Assembly: GCA_030018475.1 (NCBI GenBank)
Contig: JASEFT010000001.1
Span: forward strand, 15,111 to 79,110
Direction: 5' to 3'
DNA length: 64,000 bases
From: Thermoplasmatota archaeon
Lineage (GTDB): Archaea; Thermoplasmatota; JASEFT01
The notes under the pieces are model-generated. The model was not told the DNA's origin and made no database searches. It saw only the letters and a list, made by a program, of their open reading frames with translations. Below are positions 17,401 through 26,487 of this stretch, piece by piece (the first letter of the stretch is position 1; every line of letters begins with the position of its first letter). Made by a program: the position numbers and the translations under genes.

Positions 17401-20226
17401 GAAATAGCCAGTTGCATTAGTATAAGTCCAGTTATAGAACCACCAACTTTGATTATAAGAGCATACATATACGTAAGCATTACTTATTCCTTTATCTGTA
17501 CTCTTATCATATACTTTACCTTCTTTCCAAGAATCTTCTCTCGGTACATAGTAGGGCTCTAGTTTGATAAGATTCCATTCCGTAGAATTTGGCTTGAGAC
17601 TAAACTCGCCATAATAACTATAGTACCCGTCAGCCCATACATAGATATAATAGGAGCCGTTAGGTATGCCAAGCTCAAAGTAGCCTGTAACATTAGCAGA
17701 AGTCCAGTTATAATACCACCATGTTGCGCTCTTAGAATAAACGTAAACGTATGCATCTTTTATAGGACTGTTCGTTGCGTTATCATAAACATAACCTTTC
17801 TTCCAAGAATCTTCTTTAGGTATATAGTATTTCTCTAGAGCTAAGTGATTCGTTTTAGTCTCGTTCGCATTTAAAGTGAAATTTTCGTAATAAGAATAGT
17901 ACCCTTCGGCATAGACGTACAAATAGTAACTGCCGTGCGGCAATGAGAAATTGAAGTAGCCTGTACTATCGGTAGATGTGTAATTCCAGTAGTACCAGTA
18001 GTCTGTAGAATAAATGTACACGTAAGCGCCCTCGATAGACATGTGATTTTCTTTATCGTATACATATCCTTCTTTCCTACAATCATCCACAGTAGTCGGG
18101 GCTTTAAGACGGATATTATTCAATACAATCTCGCCACTTTTCAAATTGAAACTTTCGTAATAAGAGTAGTACCCTTCAGCCCAAACGTAAATTTCGTATT
18201 TGCCTGCGGAAAGATTGAATTTGAAAGAGCCGTTTGCATCTGTTTGTGTATAGTTATAGAATGAGTAGTCTGCAGAATATACATAGACCCATGCGCCTTC
18301 TATAGGAGTAAACGAGCTTGCATCGCAAACGTATCCTTTCTTCCAGCCCTCAACAACGCCTTCAATGTAAATATCGAAGAACACGTCGAAGAAGCTATCA
18401 TGGACTATGTGCACTTCATGGTTGCCTGAAGATAAGTTCTTGACAGCGCATGTACCATTAACAGTTTTACCTTGATATACGCTGTCAGTAAATATTTTCG
18501 CATTACTTATAGGATAGTTTGTGCTATTCCATACATAGAACTCAACATCGTTGTAAATTCCATCTCCATCAAAGGCAGATATTGTGTAATCTGTAGTCAT
18601 ATAATCGCCGACAGTAAATTCTGTATAGGCATATAGAGTTGCATAGTACACATCAACTTTATATTTGCCCGGAGAGAGGTTAGAAAGGTAAAGTTTACCC
18701 TCTGCAGATGTGTTGCCTCTATAATTACTGTTTAATATTACGCTTGCATTCGCTACCGGCGTGTGATTAGAATCTTTCACATAGACCCAGCCGCTATCTA
18801 ATGCTAATACATTCCAATCCCAAAGCCATTCTGCATAAATAAAGTATCCAACTTCTGCAGTTGCATTGCCAGTATATAGAGAGCCTGCCTTTACCGCTTT
18901 TATAATGTGCTTACCGTGAGGGAGAGTAACTCTCAAGTTCCCAGTGCTGTTAGTCTTCCCCATATACCTGTTGTTAATATATATAATTGCATCAGCAACA
19001 GCACCTGTATCGTTGTACACATGTGTCACTACTGGCGAATATCCTCCACCAACACCACGTGTGCTGGGAAGTACTTCAGTAGTAATATAAAGTGTATTAC
19101 CTACATCTATAACTGTACTTGAGACAAAAGTTTGATAAATTGCTTTGACTTCACGCCAGCCATCAGCCACGTTGAGCGCTTCAAAATCGCCAGGCGCGAA
19201 ATCGCCAGGGCCTGTCTTACCTTTGTATTTTCTATCTATGTAAATGGAAGCATTATCTACAGGTAAATTATTAGAATCGCAAACAGATATGCGCAAATCG
19301 TTATTGTAGCCTATACCGTCGATATTTTTCTTTTCAACCTTAATACTAATCCCAGTTATAGCTCTTACACTCGTAGTCAGCGCTATTGAATCTTTTTTGG
19401 TAGGGTCACTAGTAGAAGTAGCATTTACCCAGACCGTCAACTGCGCACCTTCAGCAAAATCGCCAGCAGTGACTCTAAGTGTGAGCTCAGCAAAATCGCC
19501 TGGCGCAAGTGCCTTTTCTGCAAATTTCGTAAAGTCGCCTGGAGCAAAGACGATCTCAGGACTTAAATTAAAACTCACAGGCCAATCTAAAGAGCTTCTT
19601 GTAATTGTCAAGTTAATTGTATCGCTTACAGTTCCGTTATTTTTTACAGTAATTTCGTATATCACACTTCTGCCACGAGTTATGTACTTACTAAGCTCCA
19701 GACAGCTTAGCTCTATTCCATAAGGTGATATTGCAGTTGTAGTTCTAGAAATAGAAGAGCTCTTGGTAGGATCTCCTTGAGAAGTCCCTGTTACTGTTAT
19801 CGCTGCAGAACCAACAGCATGTGGTGCAACTACATTAAGTGTTATTGTGGTCTCTCCACCTGCATCTAATATAACAGACTCGCTACTAAGTGTAGCAGTC
19901 CAACCCGTAGGGGGCGAAGTCCTAGAAATAGAGATTGTATCTTTTACATTACCAGTATTTCTTACAGATATTTGGTAAGTAGCTGTAGCACCGATATTAA
20001 TGGTTTTGTCAGGTTCTGCACAGCTCAGCTCAACTCCGTATACTGCAGCAGTAGGCGCTACCCAAGGCTTCATTAAAACTACTGCGCATGCAGCCACTAC
20101 TATAGCTACCGCAGCAACCGCTACGCCAATTAAAACTTTCTTCTTCACCATTTCTTTCAACCTCTTTTTATGTGCTTTTTCAATAAAATCCTCAATCTCT
20201 CTCCACTCATTTCTTTCCTTTGCCAT
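14365..20226 (-). CDS. giant cell-surface protein (N-terminal TM anchor, CARDB-like domains, ~16 transthyretin/CarboxypepD_reg-like repeats), 1953 aa
   Basis: Cytoplasmic N-terminus plus TM (VLIGVAVAAVAIVVAACAVVLM). Repeated ~91-100-aa units (KxGYVYD...GYFEL.IPHGSYYIYVWAEGYY...). Very dense NxS/T sequons. Confidence 0.8.
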   Translation of the reverse strand: MAKERNEWREIEDFIEKAHKKRLKEMVKKKVLIGVAVAAVAIVVAACAVVLMKPWVAPTAAVYGVELSCAEPDKTINIGATATYQISVRNTGNVKDTISISRTSPPTGWTATLSSESVILDAGGETTITLNVVAPHAVGSAAITVTGTSQGDPTKSSSISRTTTAISPYGIELSCLELSKYITRGRSVIYEITVKNNGTVSDTINLTITRSSLDWPVSFNLSPEIVFAPGDFTKFAEKALAPGDFAELTLRVTAGDFAEGAQLTVWVNATSTSDPTKKDSIALTTSVRAITGISIKVEKKNIDGIGYNNDLRISVCDSNNLPVDNASIYIDRKYKGKTGPGDFAPGDFEALNVADGWREVKAIYQTFVSSTVIDVGNTLYITTEVLPSTRGVGGGYSPVVTHVYNDTGAVADAIIYINNRYMGKTNSTGNLRVTLPHGKHIIKAVKAGSLYTGNATAEVGYFIYAEWLWDWNVLALDSGWVYVKDSNHTPVANASVILNSNYRGNTSAEGKLYLSNLSPGKYKVDVYYATLYAYTEFTVGDYMTTDYTISAFDGDGIYNDVEFYVWNSTNYPISNAKIFTDSVYQGKTVNGTCAVKNLSSGNHEVHIVHDSFFDVFFDIYIEGVVEGWKKGYVCDASSFTPIEGAWVYVYSADYSFYNYTQTDANGSFKFNLSAGKYEIYVWAEGYYSYYESFNLKSGEIVLNNIRLKAPTTVDDCRKEGYVYDKENHMSIEGAYVYIYSTDYWYYWNYTSTDSTGYFNFSLPHGSYYLYVYAEGYYSYYENFTLNANETKTNHLALEKYYIPKEDSWKKGYVYDNATNSPIKDAYVYVYSKSATWWYYNWTSANVTGYFELGIPNGSYYIYVWADGYYSYYGEFSLKPNSTEWNLIKLEPYYVPREDSWKEGKVYDKSTDKGISNAYVYVCSYNQSWWFYNWTYTNATGYFKLGLAHGSYYISVWAEGYYLYYEEFTIQKNDTKQNNISLEPYYVPEVDCWKVGYVYDSATNQCLQNVSVYIYSYAPDWSWYYYNYTYTNGTGYFELGIPHGNASLYIYHFGYSSYYEEFVIKKGETLENKIYLVPYGTEKDSWKKGYVRDSSTSEPIKGAYVYIWSEVGWYNQTSTSATGYYEFYIPHGKYYLYVRSAGYEDYYEEFTLAQGKVLWNNITLEPTVAKDCWKKGYVYDNVTKEPISGAYVMIYSKFSYECNYSYYNDWTYTNESGYFEFHIPHGSYWIYVYAEGYIYYCEDFNISEGQIIWNYIYLTPIPVANAWLYGYVKDAVTNTGIPYASISVSCYDPQGNYWWNYTWANETGYYKIGVFAGSVEIHVYADGYYSNYTTVTVSQGQSLLLDIYLTPIPVANAWLYGYVKDAVTNTGIPYASISVSCYDPQGNYWWNYTWANETGYYKIGVFAGSVKIHVYADGYYSNETTVTVSQGQSLLLDIYLTPKPVANAWLYGYVKDAVANTGIPYASISVSCYDSQGNYWWNYTWTNETGYYKIGVLAGSVRIHASMYGAYYSNYTTTYLLVGSSLQLDLMLEPMPVANASIYGYVSDENGNPVQYASISVICFDAKGYQWSNYTFSDSTGYYSIGVLAGNVLILASSYPCSNAVRVTVAQGGSLECKIIIQSGTVTVSGYVYDSENKPVANGIVWFYNSSKLYGGMTDSTGYYQVAVSPGHYIGIAELFAEMPRGTITIAYQEIDAYNDISLNFILGHPEPITMSGYAKFYTWEQLSLTMNIQFGINCSALLRLMIDFFGNGDYIVDESEAEKFLTMLWTSPEFGSPYFNTADTLILDNLYYYITQPGGMTTAFSNITGMWNLNAPISLTVSYNMYSSGTPSVGAHNIKVKIPYTQNAIFTIELPAGYLLSSYSSVNVSVSGTTIITLVPGGDPNPYDDAYFEWVTLYVVSSYSAKKYAIIVGISDYKVMSDLSYCDEDASDWYNFFRGSGLHMLGLWGREYI
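15620..16460. repeat. intragenic tandem repeat, 273-bp period, ~3 near-identical copies (91-aa protein repeat)
   Basis: The string gccatgcgttagcaacagg recurs at 15883, 16156 and 16429. Long stretches between them are identical. Confidence 0.85.
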
Positions 20227-20322
20227 TTTTAGCGCTTTAGCACCCTAATCTCACTTGGTAGTTAATAAATGTTTCTTGTAAATGTACAAAAATTTATATG
20301 CTATTAGATAAATGAACCAACA

Positions 20323-21957
20323 GTGCAAAAATTTACTATAAAGGAGAGAACGCTACTCCATCTTTTAGAGTGCGGATTGCCAAAAGAGGACATGCATGGT
20401 GAAATTGACGCTAGCTATTCGCAAGAAGGTATTTCTTTAGCTATTGGCGCTGCTAGAAGTCTTGTCTCTAGAGCTGTTGAAGAGCTTGAGGAGCAAAAAT
20501 TTATACTTGCAACTTCAGCGCGAGTAATAGGAAAAAGAGCTAAAGTAAAAGTTTATTATTTAACTAGTGAAGGTATAAAAAAAGCTAAAGAGTTGAAGAG
20601 CGATGCTGATAATTTAACTTTAACTGTGAAAGATTTTAATAGCAAACTGAAGGAAGTTAAAGTTAGTGATTTGAAAAAAGAGTTGCCAGAACTTTCTATT
20701 GTCAAAATTCTAAAGCTGGCGTCTGAAAAAGAGTATTTAGCATTTGAAGATTTAAATGCTTTAGCAAAAGCAGCGCAATTTGTTGATTTCTCTTCTCAAG
20801 CGCCTAAACTAAGATATTTTTTCGGTCGTGATAAAGAACTTGCGCTGCTGAGAAGCTGGGTTGAAGATAGCGAGACTAAAATTATTGCTATCAGAGGAAT
20901 TGCAGGGATAGGTAAGAGCGCACTTTGCTCTCGATTTATCAACATTGTAAAAGGAGAAAGGAATGTTTTTTGGTATACAGTGCAAGAATGGACTACGCAG
21001 ACCGATATTCTCCAGCTACTATCGCGATTTATGTATGCTATGAACAAGCCAGCACTTAACAACTATTTGAGTCCTACTAAAGAACCACAGCTTGAAGAAA
21101 TATCTAAATTATTGCAAGCCGAACTTCACGGTACTAATACTATCTTGGTATTTGATGATATAGACAAAGCTCAATCCGAAGTCGCAGTATTTTTCAAATC
21201 TTTATTTGCTCGATTGAAAAACACCCAGAAAGTAAAATTTTTAATTGTTGGGAGATGGCTGAAAGAACTTTATACTGTTAGAGAGGTAGCTATAGAAAGA
21301 GCAGTTAAGGAACTTACGCTGGAAGGTTTGAATGAGAGAGGTGCTTTTGAGCTTTTAAAAGCCAGAGGTTTTGTAAAAGAGCTGAAAAAGCTTTATGAGA
21401 GTACTGCTGGCCATCCGCTATGCCTTGAGCTAATTGATTACAAAGGTGTTAAGCGCAATGTCGCAAGATATATACGAGAAGAGATATTTTCAAAGCTCAG
21501 TGAGCAGGAGCGAAAAGCGCTAAGCTTGAGCTCTGTGCTCAAAGCGCCTTTTTCATCAGAAGTACTCTTTAAATCAGGTATAGAGCCTACTACTGTAGAG
21601 ACTCTTACAGAAAAATCACTACTCCATGTATATGAGAATGATACTTATAGTACCCATGATTTGATTAAAAACTTCTTCTGTAGCAGACTAACAGCGCAAG
21701 AGCTGGCTTTACATCATAAAACAGCTGCTCACTACTATGATGAGATTGAAGATTATCTTGAGGCTGCCTTCCATTATCTGCAGGCTGGCGATAGGGCTCA
21801 GTCTTTAGAACTACTTGCAAGCAGAGCAGAAAAGATTTTAGAGCAGGGTAATGAAGAAGAGTTAAGAAAGTTAGCCGAGAAAATAGCGCTCGAGGATTTG
21901 AGCTTTGAAGAGCGCGCTAAGCTAGCGAGAATAGAAAAGGTATTAATGCAAACTTGA
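20323..21957 (+). CDS. HTH-AAA ATPase-TPR-like (STAND/Arch_ATPase-type) putative regulator
   Basis: N-terminal wHTH (ISLAIGAARSLVSRAVEEL), Walker A GIAGIGKSAL, Walker B LVFDDID, and a C-terminal helical repeat region. Divergent from the giant surface-protein gene. Confidence 0.55.
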   Translation: MQKFTIKERTLLHLLECGLPKEDMHGEIDASYSQEGISLAIGAARSLVSRAVEELEEQKFILATSARVIGKRAKVKVYYLTSEGIKKAKELKSDADNLTLTVKDFNSKLKEVKVSDLKKELPELSIVKILKLASEKEYLAFEDLNALAKAAQFVDFSSQAPKLRYFFGRDKELALLRSWVEDSETKIIAIRGIAGIGKSALCSRFINIVKGERNVFWYTVQEWTTQTDILQLLSRFMYAMNKPALNNYLSPTKEPQLEEISKLLQAELHGTNTILVFDDIDKAQSEVAVFFKSLFARLKNTQKVKFLIVGRWLKELYTVREVAIERAVKELTLEGLNERGAFELLKARGFVKELKKLYESTAGHPLCLELIDYKGVKRNVARYIREEIFSKLSEQERKALSLSSVLKAPFSSEVLFKSGIEPTTVETLTEKSLLHVYENDTYSTHDLIKNFFCSRLTAQELALHHKTAAHYYDEIEDYLEAAFHYLQAGDRAQSLELLASRAEKILEQGNEEELRKLAEKIALEDLSFEERAKLARIEKVLMQT

Positions 21958-22007
21958 TTTTTTTTTTACGATATCTTTTTGTATTCATTCACTATTATTA
22001 TTTTCTA

Positions 22008-23411
22008 ATGATAGGTGAAGAAGAGTTTAGCGAGCGCTACAGCGAGCTTATTGAAAGAGCTGAAATTTCTGATAAGCGTTACCCTATCAAAGGAATGAAT
22101 GTATGGCTTCCTTACGGCTGGAAGCTTATGCTCAATATCGATAATTTAATTCGTGAAGAGCTTGACAAAAAAAAATATCGAGAAGTAATGTTTCCAGCTT
22201 TGATTACCAAAGAGCAGTTTAGTAAAGAGAAAGGGCATATAAAAGGGTTTGATGCACAAGTCTATTGGGTAACTAAAGGAGGCACTACTGAGCTTGAAAG
22301 CCCTCTTTTACTAAGACCCACTTCAGAAACTGCAATGTACTCAATGTTCTCGCTATGGATAAGAAGCCATGCAGATCTGCCACTTAAACTCTATCAGCTT
22401 GTTAATGTTTATAGATACGAGACCAAGCAAACCAGGAGTTTTATTAGAGTTAGAGAAATACATTTTTTCGAAGCTCATACTTGTCATGATAGCTTTGAGC
22501 AAGCAGAAGAGCAAATCAAAGAATATTTTGAAATTATTAAAAAAATAATGGAAAAGCTTTGCATTCCCTATTTAGCAACTAAGCGTCCAGACTGGGATAA
22601 GTTTCCAGGCGCTTACTACTCTATAGGATTCGATACACTTATGCCTACAGGTAAAACTTTGCAAGTAGCTTCAGTGCATCAATACAAAGAAAACTTTTCT
22701 AAAGTTTATAATATAAAATACGAGACAGTCACTGGCGAGCACAAATACGTACATCAGACAACTTACGGTATGAGTGAAAGGCTTGTAGGAGCTATTATAG
22801 GGTTGCACAGCGATGAAAGAGGTCTTGCATTACCGCCTGCAATTGCGCCAATCCAAGTTGTTATCGTGCCGATCCATAACAAGCAGGAGCGAATATTAAA
22901 AGAAGCTGATAGTGTGAAGCGAGAATTAGAATCTAATAATTTTAGAGTTGAACTTGATAGTAGAGCTGAACTCACGCCCGGCAGCAAATTTTATTACTGG
23001 GAGCTTAGAGGCGTACCTTTGCGTATAGAGCTCGGAGCTCGAGAGCTCGCTGCTAACGAAATTAGTTTTGTTAAGCGCACAAGCAAGGAAAGAATAGTGT
23101 GCAAAAGAGATAAATTGGTTGAGAGTGCAAGGGCGCTTTTGCGGGAGCTAGAGGAAAAGCTCAGTCTCAGAGCGAAAAATTTTCTAGAGAATAATATTAA
23201 ATCTGCAACTAGTATAGAAGAGCTGAGTGAGAACGCTATTTATAAAGTTTTATGGTGTGGCGAAAAAGAGTGTGCTCTTGAGTTAGAGAGTAGAACAAAC
23301 TTTAAAACTCTGGGATTGGAGCTGGCTGTAGCGGCATTTGAAAAGGGTGAGAAATGCCTTAATTGTAGCAAGCCTGCAAAATCAACTATCTATTTAGCTA
23401 AAACATATTAA
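22008..23411 (+). CDS. proS: prolyl-tRNA synthetase, archaeal/eukaryotic type (ORF opens at 21954; likely start 22008)
   Basis: Class II aaRS motifs including RPTSETAMY. C-terminal zinc-binding ProRS-C region (WCGEKECA...CLNC). Confidence 0.9.
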   Translation: MIGEEEFSERYSELIERAEISDKRYPIKGMNVWLPYGWKLMLNIDNLIREELDKKKYREVMFPALITKEQFSKEKGHIKGFDAQVYWVTKGGTTELESPLLLRPTSETAMYSMFSLWIRSHADLPLKLYQLVNVYRYETKQTRSFIRVREIHFFEAHTCHDSFEQAEEQIKEYFEIIKKIMEKLCIPYLATKRPDWDKFPGAYYSIGFDTLMPTGKTLQVASVHQYKENFSKVYNIKYETVTGEHKYVHQTTYGMSERLVGAIIGLHSDERGLALPPAIAPIQVVIVPIHNKQERILKEADSVKRELESNNFRVELDSRAELTPGSKFYYWELRGVPLRIELGARELAANEISFVKRTSKERIVCKRDKLVESARALLRELEEKLSLRAKNFLENNIKSATSIEELSENAIYKVLWCGEKECALELESRTNFKTLGLELAVAAFEKGEKCLNCSKPAKSTIYLAKTY

Positions 23412-23419
23412 TTTTTTTT

Positions 23420-23779
23420 TCAAACCGTCAATTCCTCTATTACTTCCTCTATATTTTCAGCTGCAATACTTACTTCTATACTACCTAAAGGCGGACGCTC
23501 ATCAGTAATAAAATTCACTTTTCCTATAAAAGCTACTTGCTTGCTGAGCTTGAACTCTAATTTAGAGCCTCTTTTAGCGCTCAACAATACACTTTTCGCT
23601 GCCTTCCTTATTTTTTGTAATCTCAGTAGCTCTTTAAATTTGGATATAGAACTTGTCCTGCCCTTAATCTCGTTGTCTTTAATATCGAGTTCGAGCTCCG
23701 GAAAAATATTGAGTAGCGCGGATCTGACTTTATCTACATTTTCTGTTTTGTGCACAGACGCTCTTACAACTACATCCAT
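23420..23779 (-). CDS. conserved small archaeal protein (possibly UPF0201/COG1931-like RNA-binding), hypothetical
   Basis: 119 aa of alternating beta-alpha character. No catalytic motif recognised. Confidence 0.3.
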   Translation of the reverse strand: MDVVVRASVHKTENVDKVRSALLNIFPELELDIKDNEIKGRTSSISKFKELLRLQKIRKAAKSVLLSAKRGSKLEFKLSKQVAFIGKVNFITDERPPLGSIEVSIAAENIEEVIEELTV

Positions 23780-23850
23780 CTTCTCAGTACTCTAATCGGC
23801 TTTACAACTGAAAAAGTTTTTTATCTTCCTACGTAATTCTCTCTTTCTAA

Positions 23851-24285
23851 ATGCTTATTAGGAAGTTCAAGCGCGGCGATATCTTCACAGTGATGCGCCT
23901 AGTCAACGAAATTTTTCAAGAAGATTACGACCCTCAAATACTATTCGGATTCTATAATGAGTGGCGGGATGGCTTTATTGTTGCAGAGGAAAATAATGAG
24001 ATTTTGGGATTGGTTGTAGGCAGTCTTCCTGAGCCGACTAGAGCTAGAATTCTAATACTCGCTGTAGAAGAGCCCTATCGTAATAAAGGTATCGGCTCTC
24101 AACTACTGCAAGTATTTTTAAATGAGTGCATTATTAGAGGAGTAAAGTTAGTGACTTTAGAAGTAAGAGTTAGCAATCTCGGCGCTATAGAGTTTTACAA
24201 AAAGCGCAAGTTCTTTATAGTCCAAATAATACCTCATTATTACAAAGACGGCGAAGATGGCTATGTAATGCAGAAACTACTCTAG
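23851..24285 (+). CDS. GNAT family N-acetyltransferase (RimI/Ard1-like)
   Basis: Acetyl-CoA binding motif A (RNKGIGSQLL). 144 aa. Confidence 0.75.
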   Translation: MLIRKFKRGDIFTVMRLVNEIFQEDYDPQILFGFYNEWRDGFIVAEENNEILGLVVGSLPEPTRARILILAVEEPYRNKGIGSQLLQVFLNECIIRGVKLVTLEVRVSNLGAIEFYKKRKFFIVQIIPHYYKDGEDGYVMQKLL

Positions 24286-25901
24286 GAAGCGAGCATTTCA
24301 AGAGCTATTACAGGATGCGCAAGCTCGAAATTTACAATAACTTTAGGATGCAGCTCACCAAAATAGCCGATCTCCTTGTTGTTATGTATTATAGATGCGC
24401 ATCTTCCTGTGATAAAAGGAGGCCGTGCACTCTCCTCTAACTTATATTCCAAATTTCTAGCTTCTAATAAACTTCTCACAATCGATTTCATTTCTGCAAA
24501 GCTAGCTTTAGAATGAATTACAACACAAGCGAGCATCCTTATATTTTCACCTTTAATAATCACATCTCCAATCTCAAATATTTTATGTGGTAGCTCGTAG
24601 CGCTTGTTTAATTTCAAAATGCTCAATAAGCATGGCAGTAACGAGACTCTAAGAATAGTATGCTCTTTGGTTACTGGGTTGATAATTGCAGCTACCTCCA
24701 TACTCTTTGGTAATAGCATTTTATCGAACTGCTCTTCTTCATTTGAAAGTGTTAGCGTTACCACTTCATTGAAGCCGAGCCCTATCATTATTTCTCTTAA
24801 CTCGTTAGTTATAATTTCCAAAGCTCTTTCTTCGCCGAAAGTTAATTTTTTAGGTAGCTTGAGAGCAACGTTCTCAAACCCATAGCCTATAGCTACATCT
24901 TCAATTAAATCTGCAGTTTGAAATATATCTTTACGATACGGCGGTATTGTAACGAGCACTCTATTTTTGGCTTTAGCTCTAGCGTCAAAGCCCATACGCC
25001 TCAAGCATTTTATTACATCAGAAAGCTGAAGTTTTGTACCTAGTAATGAATTAGCTTCATTTAAACTCAGAGCTTTTGTCTCAGTAGCTAGATTTGGAAG
25101 TTCTAGTTTCTTCTTGCCAGCTGCTACCTCTACGGTATAGAGCTCACCACCCCTTTCTGCAAGTGCGGTAGCTACAAGCAGGACTGCAAAACTTACTGTA
25201 TTGAAATCCAACCCAGTAGCTTCTATAAATATGCTTTTAGTGCTTGATGTTACCTCGGTAAGCGCCCCGTTAATTATTGGTGGAAATGAAAGTACTTCAT
25301 TATGAGAATCTAAAATTATCGGATATTTTTTGAACCCGGCAAGCAAATCCTTGTACTCAATACCTTTCTCATGCGAGGCTAATATTTCATTTAAATCCAT
25401 AGCTCTACTACCACTTAAAGGTACAAATTTTATAGCGCTAGGCACAACTGCTTTGTAAGTAAAAGGATGCTTAACTCTATTGAAATCGTGCACTCCAATT
25501 GCAACTTTTCTACGCTTCCTGCCAATAGTGGCATGGAGCTTTTCTTGCAACTCCATTAATGAAAGAATAGCACTCTTAGTCATATTAACGTTCTTAACCA
25601 GTGCGCAAGCAATGAAAGGTCTTATGCTTTTTACAGAGCTATCTACAAATAATTTTATATTAGATTTTTTCAGCTTGTAATTTACCAAGCCAGTGACGTT
25701 AATGTAGGAGTTAAGTGCTCTTGCAATACCTTCCACTGAGAACAAGTCTGGTCTATTTGATAAAAACTCAACTTCTAATTTATTATCTATGATTTTAGCC
25801 TCGCCACCTAAGCTCGAGAGTATTTTCACAAGCTCTAAATTGCTCGGCTTTTTAACTAGTAATGTATTCAAATCTTCTAAATCTATTGCGATTGTTGGCA
25901 T
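24282..25901 (-). CDS. pheT: phenylalanyl-tRNA synthetase beta subunit, archaeal type
   Basis: 539 aa with B3/4, B5 and catalytic-like domain order typical of archaeal PheT. Confidence 0.8.
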   Translation of the reverse strand: MPTIAIDLEDLNTLLVKKPSNLELVKILSSLGGEAKIIDNKLEVEFLSNRPDLFSVEGIARALNSYINVTGLVNYKLKKSNIKLFVDSSVKSIRPFIACALVKNVNMTKSAILSLMELQEKLHATIGRKRRKVAIGVHDFNRVKHPFTYKAVVPSAIKFVPLSGSRAMDLNEILASHEKGIEYKDLLAGFKKYPIILDSHNEVLSFPPIINGALTEVTSSTKSIFIEATGLDFNTVSFAVLLVATALAERGGELYTVEVAAGKKKLELPNLATETKALSLNEANSLLGTKLQLSDVIKCLRRMGFDARAKAKNRVLVTIPPYRKDIFQTADLIEDVAIGYGFENVALKLPKKLTFGEERALEIITNELREIMIGLGFNEVVTLTLSNEEEQFDKMLLPKSMEVAAIINPVTKEHTILRVSLLPCLLSILKLNKRYELPHKIFEIGDVIIKGENIRMLACVVIHSKASFAEMKSIVRSLLEARNLEYKLEESARPPFITGRCASIIHNNKEIGYFGELHPKVIVNFELAHPVIALEMLAS

Positions 25902-25902
25902 T

Positions 25903-26487
25903 TTACTTTTTCCAAATTTTAATTATAGCAACAAATCCTAAAACTATGCACAAGCTTATAAGAATGCTGTACACAGAGCTTAGCTCTAGCGAATCTGAAA
26001 GTTTCAAGCTAAAGCAGGCAATAAGTTTGCTAAATGCTAATACAAACGCTGCAATTAAAGTTATCGGTAGCATTAGCAGCGATGTAGCACTCAAATAAGG
26101 CTTAGCAAGTTTTGCCCAAGCTTTAATATTGACAAGTTTTGCATAGCTACAACTCCATTCTAGGAACCATAGTAGCGCCACCGAAAATATGAGTAATTCT
26201 ACAACTTCTATAATTTTCAGCTCACGCACTGGCGATAGCGTTGCAATTGCGAGCATTGCGGCAGTGAAAAGCACTACTCCCCAAGTACTTCTTGCAACCA
26301 CTGCGTAAATACCTAGAATTATTGGCAAATAAAACAAACCAGTTGCAAGTATTATTTGTAAAAAACTCATTTTTTCGTAGCTCGCTATTTCTAACACCTG
26401 CGGCAGGTGCAGTGAGTAATTTAAATAGATAATAAAGGGTAGAAAAGCAATAAGTACTAAAACTATCTTGTTAATCTTAGCTTCCAT
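25903..26487 (-). CDS. polytopic membrane protein, hypothetical (last gene of the MoxR/DUF58 operon)
   Basis: 194 aa with 5-6 predicted TM segments. 25-nt overlap with the DUF58 gene. Confidence 0.45.
   Translation of the reverse strand: MEAKINKIVLVLIAFLPFIIYLNYSLHLPQVLEIASYEKMSFLQIILATGLFYLPIILGIYAVVARSTWGVVLFTAAMLAIATLSPVRELKIIEVVELLIFSVALLWFLEWSCSYAKLVNIKAWAKLAKPYLSATSLLMLPITLIAAFVLAFSKLIACFSLKLSDSLELSSVYSILISLCIVLGFVAIIKIWKK

Noticed and set aside
21954-22007. First 18 codons of the ProRS ORF (MIFFLRYLFVFIHYYYFL)
   Set aside because: A hydrophobic, T-rich stretch that overlaps the upstream gene's stop. A conserved ProRS N-terminus (MIGEEEFSERYSEL...) begins at the internal Met at 22008.
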